NCBI RefSeq assembly: GCF_000315625.1
Contig: NW_005434667.1
Location: 983,061 to 1,047,060, forward strand
Origin: Guillardia theta CCMP2712
Taxonomy: Eukaryota > Protista > Cryptophyta
Direction: 5' to 3'
Length of the DNA: 64,000 bases
A program made the translations under genes and the position numbers. Below are positions 62,697 through 64,000 of this stretch, piece by piece. Each line of letters starts with the position of its first letter. Position 1 is the first letter of the stretch. The notes under the pieces were generated by a model. It had not been told where the DNA came from, ran no database searches, and worked only from the letters and a program-made list of their open reading frames with translations.

Positions 62697-64000
62697 CTAT
62701 GCACTCTTGACGCTCGTCGTCAAGACGTCGCGGTAGTCGCTCGGCTCGTAAGGAGCGAAGACCTCGGCGAGGTAGTTGGTACCTTTCCGCCGATGAGGAA
62801 TCTTCATGTCTTTCAGCAGCTCATCGTGGTAGTGGATCCAGTGCGCCAGAATTATTCCAGCCCGAGAAGTCGTAAATGGCATCCACGATCTCTTCCATTC
62901 CTGCCAATCCTTCAGCTCGAACGCCCAATCAACCTTGTAAGATTCACCTTTATCTTGTTGATTTCATCTGCCATCACGCTTGGTTCGGGCTGTTTCAGCT
63001 CTCCGTTCAAAAGGCGAGCGAGCCACTCAGATTGTATGGCGAAGGTTGTGATGTTGGAGAGGCTTGCTGACTCAGCGCCTACGAAGGCCATGTCGGGGAC
63101 ATGTGATGGCAGGATGTGCCTGTACAGGTACAGTCCATCTTCTTCCACTCCAAGCTGTTTGACTGCAAATCATCTTCAACGTCGTATATGCAGTCTACTG
63201 GATACATACCCATCGCTGCATCGAAGAAGGCGTACTTCTTCAAGAATCCTGTACCAAGAACCACTACATCAGCCTCCAGCTTGCTTCCGTCCTTCAGAAT
63301 GACACCATCCTGAGTAAATCTTTGAATTTCTCCTTGGACTGTCTGGACTTTCCCTGCGCTAACCATGTTGGTGAATGTTGGGCAGTGAATCTGTGCGTAT
63401 CCATAGAAATCCTTGACAAAGTCCATGCTTGGTTTCCATTTGCCCTTGTGATTGAATTGGAAAGCGAAGATTGCTTCCACGACCCGAAAGGCTCCACTGA
63501 TCACGGGCGAAAGGATTTGATGGGCAATCTTGATGGCTGCCCCTTGCGAGGGCCAAGCTCCCTTATACCAGCTCACAAGTGCTTGACCAAATCGACTAGC
63601 GAAGACGAAACGAACAGGGATGAGACCAGCGATGAGGCGAGGTGTTCCCCAATGGGCGTTTCTAAATAGAAGTGTCGATCTGTTTCCCACCTCCCCAGCG
63701 TTCATTGCAATGTCGATCGCAGACTTGCCGGAACCGACAACAACAACTTTCTTTCCTTCGGAGATCGACGGGCTGAGGTACTCGCTGGAGTGTAAGATCT
63801 TCCCCGCGAATTGACCCTGTTAATCGGTCAATTTCAACCAGCAACGATTCCCAGAGCTGTACCTCATTTTCGTAATGAATCCTGTTCGGCGTGGTAGAGT
63901 ACATACCTTGGCAGATGACGGTGTAATCGAACGTGTGTTTCTCTTGGTTTCCAGTTGGGGTCTTGACAGTCAATTCCCATCCCCGTTCTCCGTCAGGTCT
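62697..64000 (-). CDS. Flavin-containing monooxygenase (FMO); 5' part lies outside the window
   Basis: FMO fingerprint FAGKILHSSEY (FxGxxxHxxxY), NADP-binding GSGKSAID, DVVVLGTGF, LYLYRHIL. Confidence 0.9.

Noticed and set aside
1-64000. Prokaryotic operon, CRISPR array, rRNA/tRNA genes or intact transposon
   Set aside because: Genes contain spliceosomal introns; no repeat-spacer periodicity, recognisable structural RNA, transposase/RT ORF or terminal repeats were seen by eye.

Overview
Eukaryotic nuclear DNA: gene-dense, about 22 protein-coding genes, most interrupted by many ~40-60 nt GT-AG introns (a few GC-AG), so the ORF track shows only fragments. Intron size, bipartite signal+transit presequences and GC-rich palindromic spacers point to an alga with a complex red plastid, most likely a cryptophyte such as Guillardia theta (inference, not verified). 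Genes reconstructed by manual splicing, in order: dTMP kinase (3' end), GAF hybrid histidine kinase, coiled-coil protein, 2-TM PDZ protein, a 52-aa microprotein, membrane FKBP, MORN protein, aldehyde dehydrogenase, plastid-targeted OPR-like protein, sterol desaturase-family enzyme, SDR, THADA/Trm732, a bacterial-like hypothetical protein, a long coiled-coil protein, a type II transmembrane collagen, a signal-peptide ubiquitin-like protein, a ~6,000-aa surface protein (~30 IPT/TIG repeats, a 7-repeat RCC1 propeller, EGF repeats, one TM helix), F-box/WD40, Mpr1-like GNAT, JMJD5, a PhnD-like binding protein with a mitochondrial-type presequence, and a partial FMO. The most notable items are the giant TIG-RCC1-EGF protein, the mitochondrial PhnD-like protein, the membrane collagen and the candidate periplastid-targeted THADA and UBL proteins. 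No RNA genes, CRISPR arrays or intact mobile elements were recognised. All exon boundaries are by-eye predictions.
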